The position numbers and the translations under genes are program-made. A model generated the notes under the pieces. That model saw only the letters and a list, made by a program, of their open reading frames with translations, was not told the DNA's origin and ran no database searches. DNA of 64,000 bases from Candidatus Eiseniibacteriota bacterium. Its GTDB lineage: Bacteria > Eisenbacteria > RBG-16-71-46. Shown piece after piece: positions 1-10,463 of this stretch (its first letter is position 1; each line of letters starts with the position of its first letter). Location: contig CAVSAC010000010.1 in the NCBI GenBank assembly GCA_963725865.1, positions 864,001 through 928,000 of the forward strand, in the 5' to 3' direction.

Positions 1-881
1 ATGTCCTTGTGCACCGCGACCGCGAGGTCGTGCACGGTCGCCCCCGCCGCCAGCACGAACGGGCGCACGTGGTCCGCCTTGTGCCCCGGCTCCTTCGCGT
101 AGATGCGCACGCGGTCGAGGTCCAAGAACAATGCCCGCCGCAGATCCTCGAGCCCCTCGCCGCGAGTCGCGGAGACGCGGTGCTGCGGCCAGCCGTGGGC
201 GAGATGCTCCTGCGCCAGCGCGGCGAACGTGCCGTCGTCGTCGAGGTCGAGCTTGTTGAGCGCGAGCCGCACCGGGCGCACCTGCAGGAACGGCGGCGCG
301 TCGGCCGGCAGCGGAGCCGTGCGCGGCCACACCCGCGCGCGCTCGAGCAGCGTGGCGAGCGAGCGCACCGCGACCGGCAGGTCGTCGTCGGCCGGGTCGA
401 GCACCGCCAGCACGCCGTCGGCGTTGTGCACCAGGTTCACCATGTAGCTCTCGGCGTGCTGCGCGGTCACCGCGGGCGTGTCGACCAGCTGCACCTGCAC
501 GTCCTCGAACGGCATCATGCCCGGCTGCGGCGCGCGGGTCGTGAACGGGTACGGCGCCACTTCCGGGTGCGCGTGCGTGAGCGCGGCGAGCAGCGCCGAC
601 TTGCCGGCGTTCGGCGGGCCGATCAGCACCCACTGTCCCGCGCCCTCGCGCTTCACGTGACCGGGATCGACGTGGTGGGCGCCGCTGCGGCTGCCCTGGG
701 CGGCCTCGTCCTCGAGCTTCGCGAGCCGGCGCCGCAGGTCGGCGTGCAGCTTCTCGGTGCCCTTGTGCTTGGGCATGATCGCGAGCATCTCGCGCAGGGC
801 GGCGAGCTTCTCCTCGTGGCCCGTCGCCTCGCGGAAGCGCTGCTCGGCTTCCTTGTACTGCGGCGTCAGGTTGGCCGGCAT
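1..881 (-). CDS. DRG/Obg-family GTPase with TGS domain (3' end runs off the window)
   Basis: Not in the ORF track. Manual minus-strand translation from ATG at 881: MPANLTPQYKEAE...PKHKGTEKL...GPPNAGKS (G1), YPFTT (G2), DTP (G3), NKLD (G4), then RIYAKEPG...TVHDLAVAVHKD (TGS start). Confidence 0.9.
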   Translation of the reverse strand, partial: MPANLTPQYKEAEQRFREATGHEEKLAALREMLAIMPKHKGTEKLHADLRRRLAKLEDEAAQGSRSGAHHVDPGHVKREGAGQWVLIGPPNAGKSALLAALTHAHPEVAPYPFTTRAPQPGMMPFEDVQVQLVDTPAVTAQHAESYMVNLVHNADGVLAVLDPADDDLPVAVRSLATLLERARVWPRTAPLPADAPPFLQVRPVRLALNKLDLDDDGTFAALAQEHLAHGWPQHRVSATRGEGLEDLRRALFLDLDRVRIYAKEPGHKADHVRPFVLAAGATVHDLAVAVHKD

Positions 882-947
882 GGGGGGATTCTAGGACGAC
901 GCGGCGCGATTTGCACCGGACCCGTGCGGCTCGTACGCTGCCGCGTC

Positions 948-2489
948 ATGAAACGTGTGCGAGCCGCCGGTATCCTGTTGCACCCGACCTCGCTGCCGGG
1001 GCGCTTCGGCATCGGGGACCTGGGCCCCGACGCCGTGCGCTTCGTGGACGCGATCGCCGACGCCGGCATGCAGCTGTGGCAGATCCTGCCGCTGGGCCCG
1101 ACCGGCTTCGGCGACTCCCCCTACCAGTGCTTCTCGGCGTTCGCCGGCAATCCCTACCTGGTGAGCCCGGAGCGGCTGGCCGAGGACGGCCTGCTCACGC
1201 GCGCCGAGCTCGACGCGGTGCCGGCGTTCCCGACCGACCGGGTGGACTTCGGCCCCTTGATCGAATGGAAGTCCGCCCTGCTCGACCACGCGTGGTCCGC
1301 GTACCAGGCGGGCCGCGGAGCGGCGCTGCGCAAGCCGTTCACGAACTTCTGCACCGCGCAGGCCGCGTGGCTCGACGACTACGCGCTGTTCATGGCGCTC
1401 AAGAAAGGCCACGGCGGCCGCGCCTGGCCCGAGTGGGACGCGCGCCTGGTCGCGCGCGAGCCGCGTGCGCTGAGCGCCGCGCGTTCGGCGCTCGTGGCGG
1501 CGATCGACGCGCAGCGCTTCCGCCAGTTCCTGTTCTTCCGCCAGTGGGAGGCGGTCCGCGCGCACGCCCACGCGCGCGGCGTGCGCATCATCGGCGACCT
1601 GCCGATCTTCGTCGCGCACGACAGCGCGGACGTCTGGGCGCATCCCGAGCTGTTCCACCTCGACGCGCGCGGCCGCTGCCTGGTGGTCGCGGGGGTGCCG
1701 CCGGACTACTTCAGCAAGACCGGCCAGCTGTGGGGCAATCCGCTCTACCGCTGGGACGTCTCCGAGCGCACCGGCCACGCGTGGTGGATCGAGCGCATGC
1801 GCTCCACGCTGGCGCTGGTCGACATCGTGCGCATCGACCACTTCCGCGGCTTCGAGGCGTACTACGAGATCCTCGGCGGCGCCCCTACGGCCGAGACTGG
1901 CCGCTGGGTGAAGGGGCCGGGTGCCCCGTTCTTCCACGCGCTGCGCGCGGCGCTCGGCGACCTGCCGATCATCGCCGAGGACCTGGGCGTGGTGACGCCC
2001 GAGATGATCGCGCTGCGCGACGGGCTCGGGCTGCCGGGCATGAAGGTGCTGCAGTTCGGCTTCGGCGACGACGATCAGCATCCGTTCCTGCCCCACCACC
2101 ACGTGCCCAACTGCGTGGTGTACACCGGCACCCACGACAACGACACCACGCGCGGCTGGTACGCCACCGCCCCCGAGGTGGAGCGCGACCTGGCGCGCCG
2201 CTACCTGGGGCGCGACGGCCACGACATCGCGTGGGACCTGATCCGCGCGGCGTTCGCCTCGGTCGCCGAGACCGCGGTGGTGCCGCTGCAGGACGTGTTC
2301 GACCTCGGCACCAGCGCGCGCATGAACCTGCCCGGCAGCCTCGGCGGCAACTGGGCGTGGCGCTTCACGTGGAGCCAGTTCACCGACCTGCACCGCGCGC
2401 GGCTGCGCGGCCTCGCGTCGCTCTACTCGCGGCTGCCGGTGAAGGTCGCGGTGGCCGCGAAGCCCGCCATCGCGCCCGCGACCGCGTGA
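948..2489 (+). CDS. malQ: 4-alpha-glucanotransferase (amylomaltase, GH77)
   Basis: Starts MKRVRAAGILLHPTSLPG; contains WQILPLGPTGFGDSPY, GVPPDYFSKTGQLWGNP, RIDHFRGF, IAEDLG, YTGTHDNDT, MNLPG. Confidence 0.96.
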   Translation: MKRVRAAGILLHPTSLPGRFGIGDLGPDAVRFVDAIADAGMQLWQILPLGPTGFGDSPYQCFSAFAGNPYLVSPERLAEDGLLTRAELDAVPAFPTDRVDFGPLIEWKSALLDHAWSAYQAGRGAALRKPFTNFCTAQAAWLDDYALFMALKKGHGGRAWPEWDARLVAREPRALSAARSALVAAIDAQRFRQFLFFRQWEAVRAHAHARGVRIIGDLPIFVAHDSADVWAHPELFHLDARGRCLVVAGVPPDYFSKTGQLWGNPLYRWDVSERTGHAWWIERMRSTLALVDIVRIDHFRGFEAYYEILGGAPTAETGRWVKGPGAPFFHALRAALGDLPIIAEDLGVVTPEMIALRDGLGLPGMKVLQFGFGDDDQHPFLPHHHVPNCVVYTGTHDNDTTRGWYATAPEVERDLARRYLGRDGHDIAWDLIRAAFASVAETAVVPLQDVFDLGTSARMNLPGSLGGNWAWRFTWSQFTDLHRARLRGLASLYSRLPVKVAVAAKPAIAPATA

Positions 2490-2588
2490 GGCGCCGGCCA
2501 CATCGAGCGCCCGGGGCGGTGCGTGTCGGCCTCCCGCTGCTCCCCATCGCCGCGTGAAGGATCCGGACCCGCGTCGTTCAGCGCGGCG

Positions 2589-3878
<1,290 letters not shown>

Positions 3879-3939
3879 CGCGTGATCCTCGGTGGGAAGT
3901 GAATGGGCGCCGGCACTCTACACCAGTGCCCCGCGGCTT

Positions 3940-5334
3940 TCAGCCTTCGGTGGACTCGTCGATCACCACGCGCGCGAGCGGGCGCGACAGCCGCTGCGCC
4001 ACGCGCGCCACCAGGAACGAGGCCACCGCGATCAACCCGACCACCAGCCCCCACCACAGCCCGACCGCGCCGAAGCCGACCCGGAACGCGAGCAGCAGGC
4101 TGACCGGCAGTCCGAGCAGCCAGAAGCCCAGCACGTTCACGAGCATCGGCGTGCGTGTGTCACCGACCCCGCGCAGCACGCCGATCGAGACCACCTGCAG
4201 TCCGTCGAACACCTGGAACACGCCCGCGATCGGGATCAGCGCGACCGCCACCGCCAGCACCGCCGACTCGCGCGTGTAGACGCCGGCCAGCGCGCCGGGC
4301 AGCAGCGTCAGCGTCAGCCCCGAGAGCGCCATGAACGCCGCCCCGGTGCCGAGCGCCGCGACCGCGCCGCGGCGCGCACCGTCCGGGTCGCCCGCGCCGA
4401 CCGCGCGCCCGACCACCACCGCGGCCGCGCCCGCGACGCCGAGCGGCACCATGAACGTGAGCGAGGCGATGTTGATGGCGATCTGGTGCGCCGCCATCGC
4501 CTGGGTGCCGATGCGGCCCATCAGCAGCGCCACGACCGAGAACACGCCCATCTCGAGCAGGAACTGCACGCCGATCGGGATCCCCAGCCGCAGCATGCGC
4601 ATCAGCGGCAGCGGCTCGAGCACCGCGCGCTCGAAGCGGGTCACGCACGGCGCCAGCTCGCGCCACGCCAGCGCGAGCAGGCCGGCGACCAGCATCCAGC
4701 GCGAGGCCGAGGTCGCGAGCGCCGCGCCCGCCGCGCCCAGCGCCGGCAGCCCGCCGTGCCCGAAGATGAGCGCCCACGCGAGCCCCAGGTTGAGCAGGTT
4801 CGCCGCCGTCATCGAGATCACGATCGGCGCGAGCCGGCCCATCGCCTGCAGGCTCTGGCGCAGCACGATGAACGCGTAGAACGGCAGCACCCCGGGCACG
4901 CACGCCGCCGCGTAGCTCGCCGCGCGCGGGATCACGTCGGCCGGCTGGCCGAGCCCCACGAAGATCGCCCGCGCGGGCAGGAAGCCGAACGACGTGACCA
5001 GCGTGAACCCGCCGGCGATCACCAGCCCGCGCTGCACGCCGCGCGTGACGCCCGCGGCGTCGCGCGCACCCACCGCCTGCGCCACCACCGGGTCGAGCGC
5101 GAACAGCGTGCCCATCCCGAGGCCGACCACCGCGAAGAAGTAGAGGTTGCCGAGCGCGCCCGCCGCGAGGTCGGCGGCGGACAGATGGCCGAGCAGGATC
5201 GAGTCCACCACGCCCATCGCCATCATGCCGACCTGCACCACCACGATCGGCAGCGCGAGCTCGAGCAGCCCCCGCAGGTCGTCGGGACCCGGGCGGAACG
5301 CGCGCAGCGGAGTGCGGGGAGCGGAGTGCGACAT
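3940..5334 (-). CDS. MATE family efflux transporter (NorM-like)
   Basis: C-terminal 464 aa of the 2112-aa track ORF, from MSHSAPRT: LALPIVVVQVGMMAMGVVDS, AAHQIAINIASLTFMVPLG, FQVFDGLQ, LRGVGDT. Confidence 0.92.
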   Translation of the reverse strand: MSHSAPRTPLRAFRPGPDDLRGLLELALPIVVVQVGMMAMGVVDSILLGHLSAADLAAGALGNLYFFAVVGLGMGTLFALDPVVAQAVGARDAAGVTRGVQRGLVIAGGFTLVTSFGFLPARAIFVGLGQPADVIPRAASYAAACVPGVLPFYAFIVLRQSLQAMGRLAPIVISMTAANLLNLGLAWALIFGHGGLPALGAAGAALATSASRWMLVAGLLALAWRELAPCVTRFERAVLEPLPLMRMLRLGIPIGVQFLLEMGVFSVVALLMGRIGTQAMAAHQIAINIASLTFMVPLGVAGAAAVVVGRAVGAGDPDGARRGAVAALGTGAAFMALSGLTLTLLPGALAGVYTRESAVLAVAVALIPIAGVFQVFDGLQVVSIGVLRGVGDTRTPMLVNVLGFWLLGLPVSLLLAFRVGFGAVGLWWGLVVGLIAVASFLVARVAQRLSRPLARVVIDESTEG

Positions 5335-5420
5335 GGTTCCTCGAGCCGCGTCGGCCCCCGAGACGCCGACGCGCGCGACTCGGTGAGCCGCGCGCGTGAT
5401 GGGCGCCGGAGCGCGCGGAG

Positions 5421-6092
5421 CTATTCGTTCTTCATCGACGCCACCAGCGCGTCGAACTCGCCCTTCGCCGCTTCGAGCGTCTTGCGCGGCCCGGTGAGCT
5501 TGAAGAACACCGAACCCTGGGGCGCCGAGACGATCGCGCCGAGCAGGGCGTAGCCGGGCTTGGTGCCGGTCGACTGCATCATCGGCCCGGCCGGCGCCAG
5601 ATACGTGCCGCCGACCTTCACCAGCGAGACCTGCATGCCGTTCACCGTGCGCGAGGAGCGCTCGGCCGGGCTCGCGCCCTGGAACTGGCTCACCCAGCGC
5701 TGGATGTTCGACTCCACGTCGCCGCCCTGCGAGGCGCCGAAGTAGAACACGCCGCATTCGCCGCCCTCGGCGTCGCCGCTCGCGGCCGGCACCAGGTAGG
5801 TCGCCACCCGCATCGCGCGGTCCTCCGCGAGCGTCCAGCGCTTGGGCACGTTCCACTTCACGCCGGCCGCGGCGTCCGGCGCGGTGGCCGGCGGCGGGGA
5901 TTCGACCTGCCCGCCCATCATGGTCTCGTGGCCCGGCGGCATCTGCCCATCGCCTCCGGGCGCGATCATGCCGCGGGTGCCCCCCTGACCCGGCTGGGCC
6001 GCGGCGACTGGCTCCTGCTTCTTCTGGCAGCCCATCAGCGCGAGGGTGGCGCACAGGGCGATGACGACCGGGATGCGGGTGAAGCGTTCCAT
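5421..6092 (-). CDS. Hypothetical lipoprotein
   Basis: MERFTRIPVVIALCATLALMGC lipobox, a Pro/Gly/Met-rich linker, then a globular domain (GGDVESNIQRWVSQF, VFFKLTGP). Confidence 0.7.
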   Translation of the reverse strand: MERFTRIPVVIALCATLALMGCQKKQEPVAAAQPGQGGTRGMIAPGGDGQMPPGHETMMGGQVESPPPATAPDAAAGVKWNVPKRWTLAEDRAMRVATYLVPAASGDAEGGECGVFYFGASQGGDVESNIQRWVSQFQGASPAERSSRTVNGMQVSLVKVGGTYLAPAGPMMQSTGTKPGYALLGAIVSAPQGSVFFKLTGPRKTLEAAKGEFDALVASMKNE

Positions 6093-6247
6093 GCGATGGA
6101 CTCCTTGCCCGATGACGCGGGGACGAACGTCCCCCGATAGGTTCATGGTTCCGAGCGGCGCGCATCCTAGCACCGCGCCGCGCGACTCGCACGCCGCCCC
6201 GCGTCGGCACCGGGTCGCCCCACGGAGGTTGTGCTAGCGTGCCCGCC

Positions 6248-8418
6248 ATGGCTTCCGTGTCGATCCGCGCGTGGACGCGGCCGCTGCGCGCGGGATTCGC
6301 GCTCGCGCTGACAGCCGCGGCATGCGCCGCTCCCGCGTGCGCGCAGCCGCTCGCCGAGTCGATCGGCGATCGCATCGTGCGCTGCTGGCCGGACTCCGCC
6401 GCCCGCGCGGATGCGCGCCCCTCGCTGATGCTGGCGGACCGCGCCGGTGGTGCGCGGCCCCGCCCCCGCCGCGCGCGCGGTGCTGCCGGAGTTCGCGCTC
6501 GAGGCCGGCGCGCCGCGTCGCGCGCATCGCGATCGCGCGCGGCACCACGCTCTACGGCACCGGCGAGGTCGCCGGGCCGCTGGCGCGCAACGGGCGCACC
6601 GTGATCCTGTGGAACACCGACGCGTACGGCTGGAACGACGCCGCGCTCTCGCTCTACCAGTCGCACCCGTGGGTGCTCGCGGTGCGCGCGGACGGCAGCG
6701 CGTTCGGCGTGCTGGCCGACGTGGCCGGCCGCCCGGTGATCGACCTGACGCGCGGGATCGAGTTTCGCGCGCAGGGGCCGGCGTTCGCGGTGATCACGAT
6801 CGCGCGCGGCTCGCCCGACAGCGTGGTGATGGCGCTGGCCGAGCTGACCGGGCGGATGCCGCTGCCGCCCAAGTGGGCGCTCGGCTACCAGCAGTGCCGC
6901 TTCTCGTATGCGCCGGACTCCGAGCTGGTGCGGGTGGCGCGCGAGTTGCGCGCGCGGCGCATCCCGTGCGACGTGATGTGGATGGACATCGACTACCAGG
7001 AACACAACCGCTCGTTCACGTTCGATCCGCGCGGCTTCCCCGATCCGGGTGCTCTGAACCGCTGGCTGCACGCGAACGGCTTCCACTCGGTGTGCATCGT
7101 GGACCCTGGCATCGCGGCGCAGCCGGGCTACTCCGTCTACGACCAGGGCAGCGCGGGCGACCACTGGGTGAAGGACGCGGGCGGCGCCGACTGGCACGGC
7201 AAGGTGTGGCCCGGCGACTGCGTGTTCCCCGACTTCACGCGCGAGGCCACGCGGCGCTGGTGGAGCGGCCTGATCGGCGGCTTCGTCGCGAGCGGCGTCG
7301 ACGGGATCTGGAACGACATGAACGAGCCCGCGATCTTCGACGTGGCCTCGAAGACCATGCCCGAGACCAACCGCCATCGCGCCGACGACGCGCTCGGCGG
7401 ACCCGGCACGCACCAGCGCTACCACGACGTCTACGGCCTGCTGATGGCGCGCGCCACCTACGACGGGCTGCTCGGCGCGCGGCCCGAGCGGCGTCCGTTC
7501 GTGCTGTCGCGCGCGAACGCCCTGGGCGGTCAGCGCTGGGCCGCGGCGTGGACCGGCGACAACGCCGGGACGTGGCCGCACCTGCGCTGGTCGGTGACCA
7601 TGGCGCTCAACCTCGGGCTCTCGGGCCAGCCGTTCGCGGGCGCCGACATCGGCGGCTTCGCGGGCCCCACCGAGCCCGCGCTGTTCGCGCGCTGGATGGG
7701 CGTCGGGGCACTGCTGCCGTTCGCGCGCGGCCACGCCGAGAAGGGCGCCGTGCGCAAGGAGCCGTGGAGCTTCGGTCCCGCGGTCGAGGCGACCTGCCGC
7801 CGCGCGATCGAGACGCGCTACCGGCTGCTGCCCTACCTCTACACCGCGTTCCGCGAGGCCGCGACGAGCGGGCTGCCGGTGGTGCGCCCGGCGTTCTTCG
7901 CCGATCCGGCCGATCCGCTGCTGCGGCGCGAGGAGCAGACGTTCCTGCTCGGCGGCGACCTGCTGGTGGTCGCGGACCTCGACGAGGACCACCAGCACGC
8001 CGGCGTGCTGCCGCGCGGGACGTGGCGCGCCGCGCCGATCGCGGCCGCGCGCGAGGACGGCACTCGCGATCCCGACCTGCCCACGCTGCGCGTGCGGGCC
8101 GGCGCAATCGTACCGCTCGGCCCGGTGCTGCAGTTCGCCGACGAGCGCCCGCTCGATGAGGTCACGCTGCTCGTGAGCCTCGATGATCGCGGGCGCGCCC
8201 GCGGCAGCCTGTACGAGGACGCCGGCGACGGATTCGGCTACACGCGCGGCGAGTACCGCCTGACGCGCTTCGAGGCGCGCGTCGAGGGCGGCGTGCTGCG
8301 GATGAGCGAGACCCACGAGGGCGCGTGGGTCCCGCCCGCCGGCCGGCGCTACGCCGTCAGCGTGCTCCGCGAAGAGCGCGATCCGGCGCCCCGCGTGACG
8401 CGGGTCGTCGGGCTCTAG
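6248..8418 (+). CDS. Exported GH31 alpha-glucosidase (apparent frameshifts near 6440-6520)
   Basis: Signal peptide in the 6248 frame; catalytic body in the 6271 frame: PKWALGYQQCRFSY, MDIDY, GIWNDMNEP, WTGDN, GADIGGF, LYEDAGDG. Confidence 0.9.
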
Positions 8419-8430
8419 GCACGCCGCGGT

Positions 8431-8566
8431 GCGGCGGCATCCGGGGGCCGGCAGCGGTGCGTCCGAGGCGCGACGCAGCCAGGATGGCGAAGTCGCGCCT
8501 GGATGCAGCGAGGCGGAGCAGGATGCGGAGCCGAGCGGGCCGCTGCCGGCCCCCGGATGCCGCCGC
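8431..8566. repeat. 136-bp palindromic intergenic element (REP/MITE-like)
   Basis: Perfect 27-bp inverted repeats GCGGCGGCATCCGGGGGCCGGCAGCGG (8431-8457) and its complement (8540-8566) enclose internal hairpins; lies between convergent genes. Confidence 0.8.
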
Positions 8567-8591
8567 GCCACGGCCCCCTTCACTGCGACGC

Positions 8592-10221
8592 TCACTCGGG
8601 CGGCGCGAACCCCCGCGCGCGCAAGTGCTCGGCCACCGCGTCGCTCGCGAGCGCCTCGGGTGCCTCGCCCCAGCGATTGAACGAGGGCTCGCGAGCCGAG
8701 CCCGCGTCCAGCAGCAGGTCGACCACCGCGAGGTAGTCGTCGTCGGCCTCGCGACAGTTGACGGAGCCGTGCGACGCCCACGCGATCGGCGAGCTGCCGT
8801 ACTGGCGGTCGCGCACGTCCACCGGCGCACCGGCCTCCAGCAACGCGCGCACCGCCTCGACGTGGCCTCGCCAAGCGGCCTGGTGGAGCGCGGTGCCCGC
8901 CCACTCGCCCTCGCGCGCCGGGTCGAAGCCCAGCGCGAGCAACGCGCGCACCGCCCCTGCCCGTCCGCCGGCGGCGGCGTGCACCAGCGCGTCCTGCTCC
9001 TCGGGCGGCAGCGCCTCGATCAGCCCGGGATGCGCGTCGCGGATCCGTCGCGCCTCGGCCACGTCGCCGACCGCGCACGCGCTCAGCAGCGCGTCGACCG
9101 GCCGCAGCGGATCCACCGCGGCGCCGCGCGCGCGCAACACGTCGGCGACCGCGCGGTTGCCGGCGCGCATCGCCAGCTCGTAGGGCGTGCGGCCATCGGC
9201 GCGCGGCCGCGCAGGATCGGCGCCGTGCGCGAGCAGCATCTCGGCCACCTCGGCACCGCGTCCGAACTCCGCGATGCGGTGCAGCGGAACCTCGCGGCTC
9301 CGGTAGCTCGGCACGTTGGGATCCGCGCCGTGCTCGAGCAGCCACCGCATGCCCGAGGTGGCGACCGTTGTCCGATGGTTGAGCTCGCGGTAGCCGGCGA
9401 GGAAGTACAGCACCGTGTTGGTCCAGTGCGGATGCTCGCCGGAGAGATCCGCGCCGTGCGCGAACAACAGCTCCAGCACCTCGCGGTGATCGTGTTCGGC
9501 GGCGTGATAGACGGATTCGCCGTCGTTGGGCTCGGCGCCGTGCTCGAGCAGCAGCTTCACGAGCCCCGCGTTGCCCAGAGTGCTGGCGCGGTAGAGCACC
9601 GGGAGCTTCTCGCCCATCTCGCCCGGGCCGGGCGCCGTGAACGTGTTCGCGTCGGCGCCCAGCGCGAGCAGCCGCTCGGCGATCGCCACGCTGGCCGCGG
9701 CATGCTCCGCGTCGATCACCGACAGCGGCGAGCCCGCCACGCACTCGATCGGCCGCCAGCCCTCGGCACCCGGGAACGGCGCGGTCGCCTGCTGCGGGTC
9801 GCGCGCGAGCCACGCCTCGACCGCCGCGGCGTCGCACGCCGCGCACGCCGCGTACAGGCTGGTGCGCGCGACCTCGGGGAACTGCGCGAGCACCCGGCGC
9901 ATGGTCGTCGCCGTCGCCTTCGGGCAGCGCTCGCAGGAAGCGCTTGACCTGCACGAGGAACGGCTCGAGCGCCTGCAGGTGGTGCTTGAGCGCGGCCCAG
10001 TTCTCCTGCTGCGCCTCGCGCGCGAGCGCGTGCTGCACGTCGGCGAGGCGCACCTCGCGCGCGACCGTGACGGCGTCCATCGCCGCGAGGCGCGGCAGCT
10101 GTGCCTGCACGCGCGCCAGTGCGGCGGCGTCGCCGGCGCGGCACGCGCGCAGGAGCTGCTTGGAGATTCCGCGGATGCGTTCGAACGTGGGAGCCGACGG
10201 CTCCCGGTCGGGACCGGACAT
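8592..10221 (-). CDS. Ankyrin-repeat protein (apparent frameshift near 9905-9920)
   Basis: N-terminus MSGPDRE...RLADVQHALARE...WAALK in one frame; ankyrin repeats (LLALGADAN, LLEHGAEPN, LLEHGADPN, GTALHQAAWRGHVEAVRALLEAGA) in another. GGAGG precedes ATG at 10221. Confidence 0.85.
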
Positions 10222-10463
10222 GCTACGAGCCTCCAGATCGCCCGTGTCCGCACGGTGGGGCAGAAGGTTCGTAGACATCGTGGTCGGTGCTGCAGGTCAG
10301 GTGGGAGTGTCCCTATCCGCGGACCGGATGCGCCCTGCGCGCGCAACTACGATGCCGAACGTTGGCGCGCGATGCAACGGCGAAATCGCGGGGCGATGAG
10401 CGCCCGGACCCGGCGGGCGCGGACGCGGGCGCCTTCACGCCACACCGCGCTCCTCCTTCCCCC

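Noticed and set aside
9..947. N-terminal 313 aa of the 826-aa ORF as a MalQ extension
   Set aside because: It is the antisense shadow of the GTPase; MalQ homology starts at ATG 948.
3940..10278. 2112-aa minus-strand ORF as a giant protein
   Set aside because: A chimera of the ankyrin N-terminus, off-frame and antisense sequence, and the MATE gene; stop codons are rare at this GC content.
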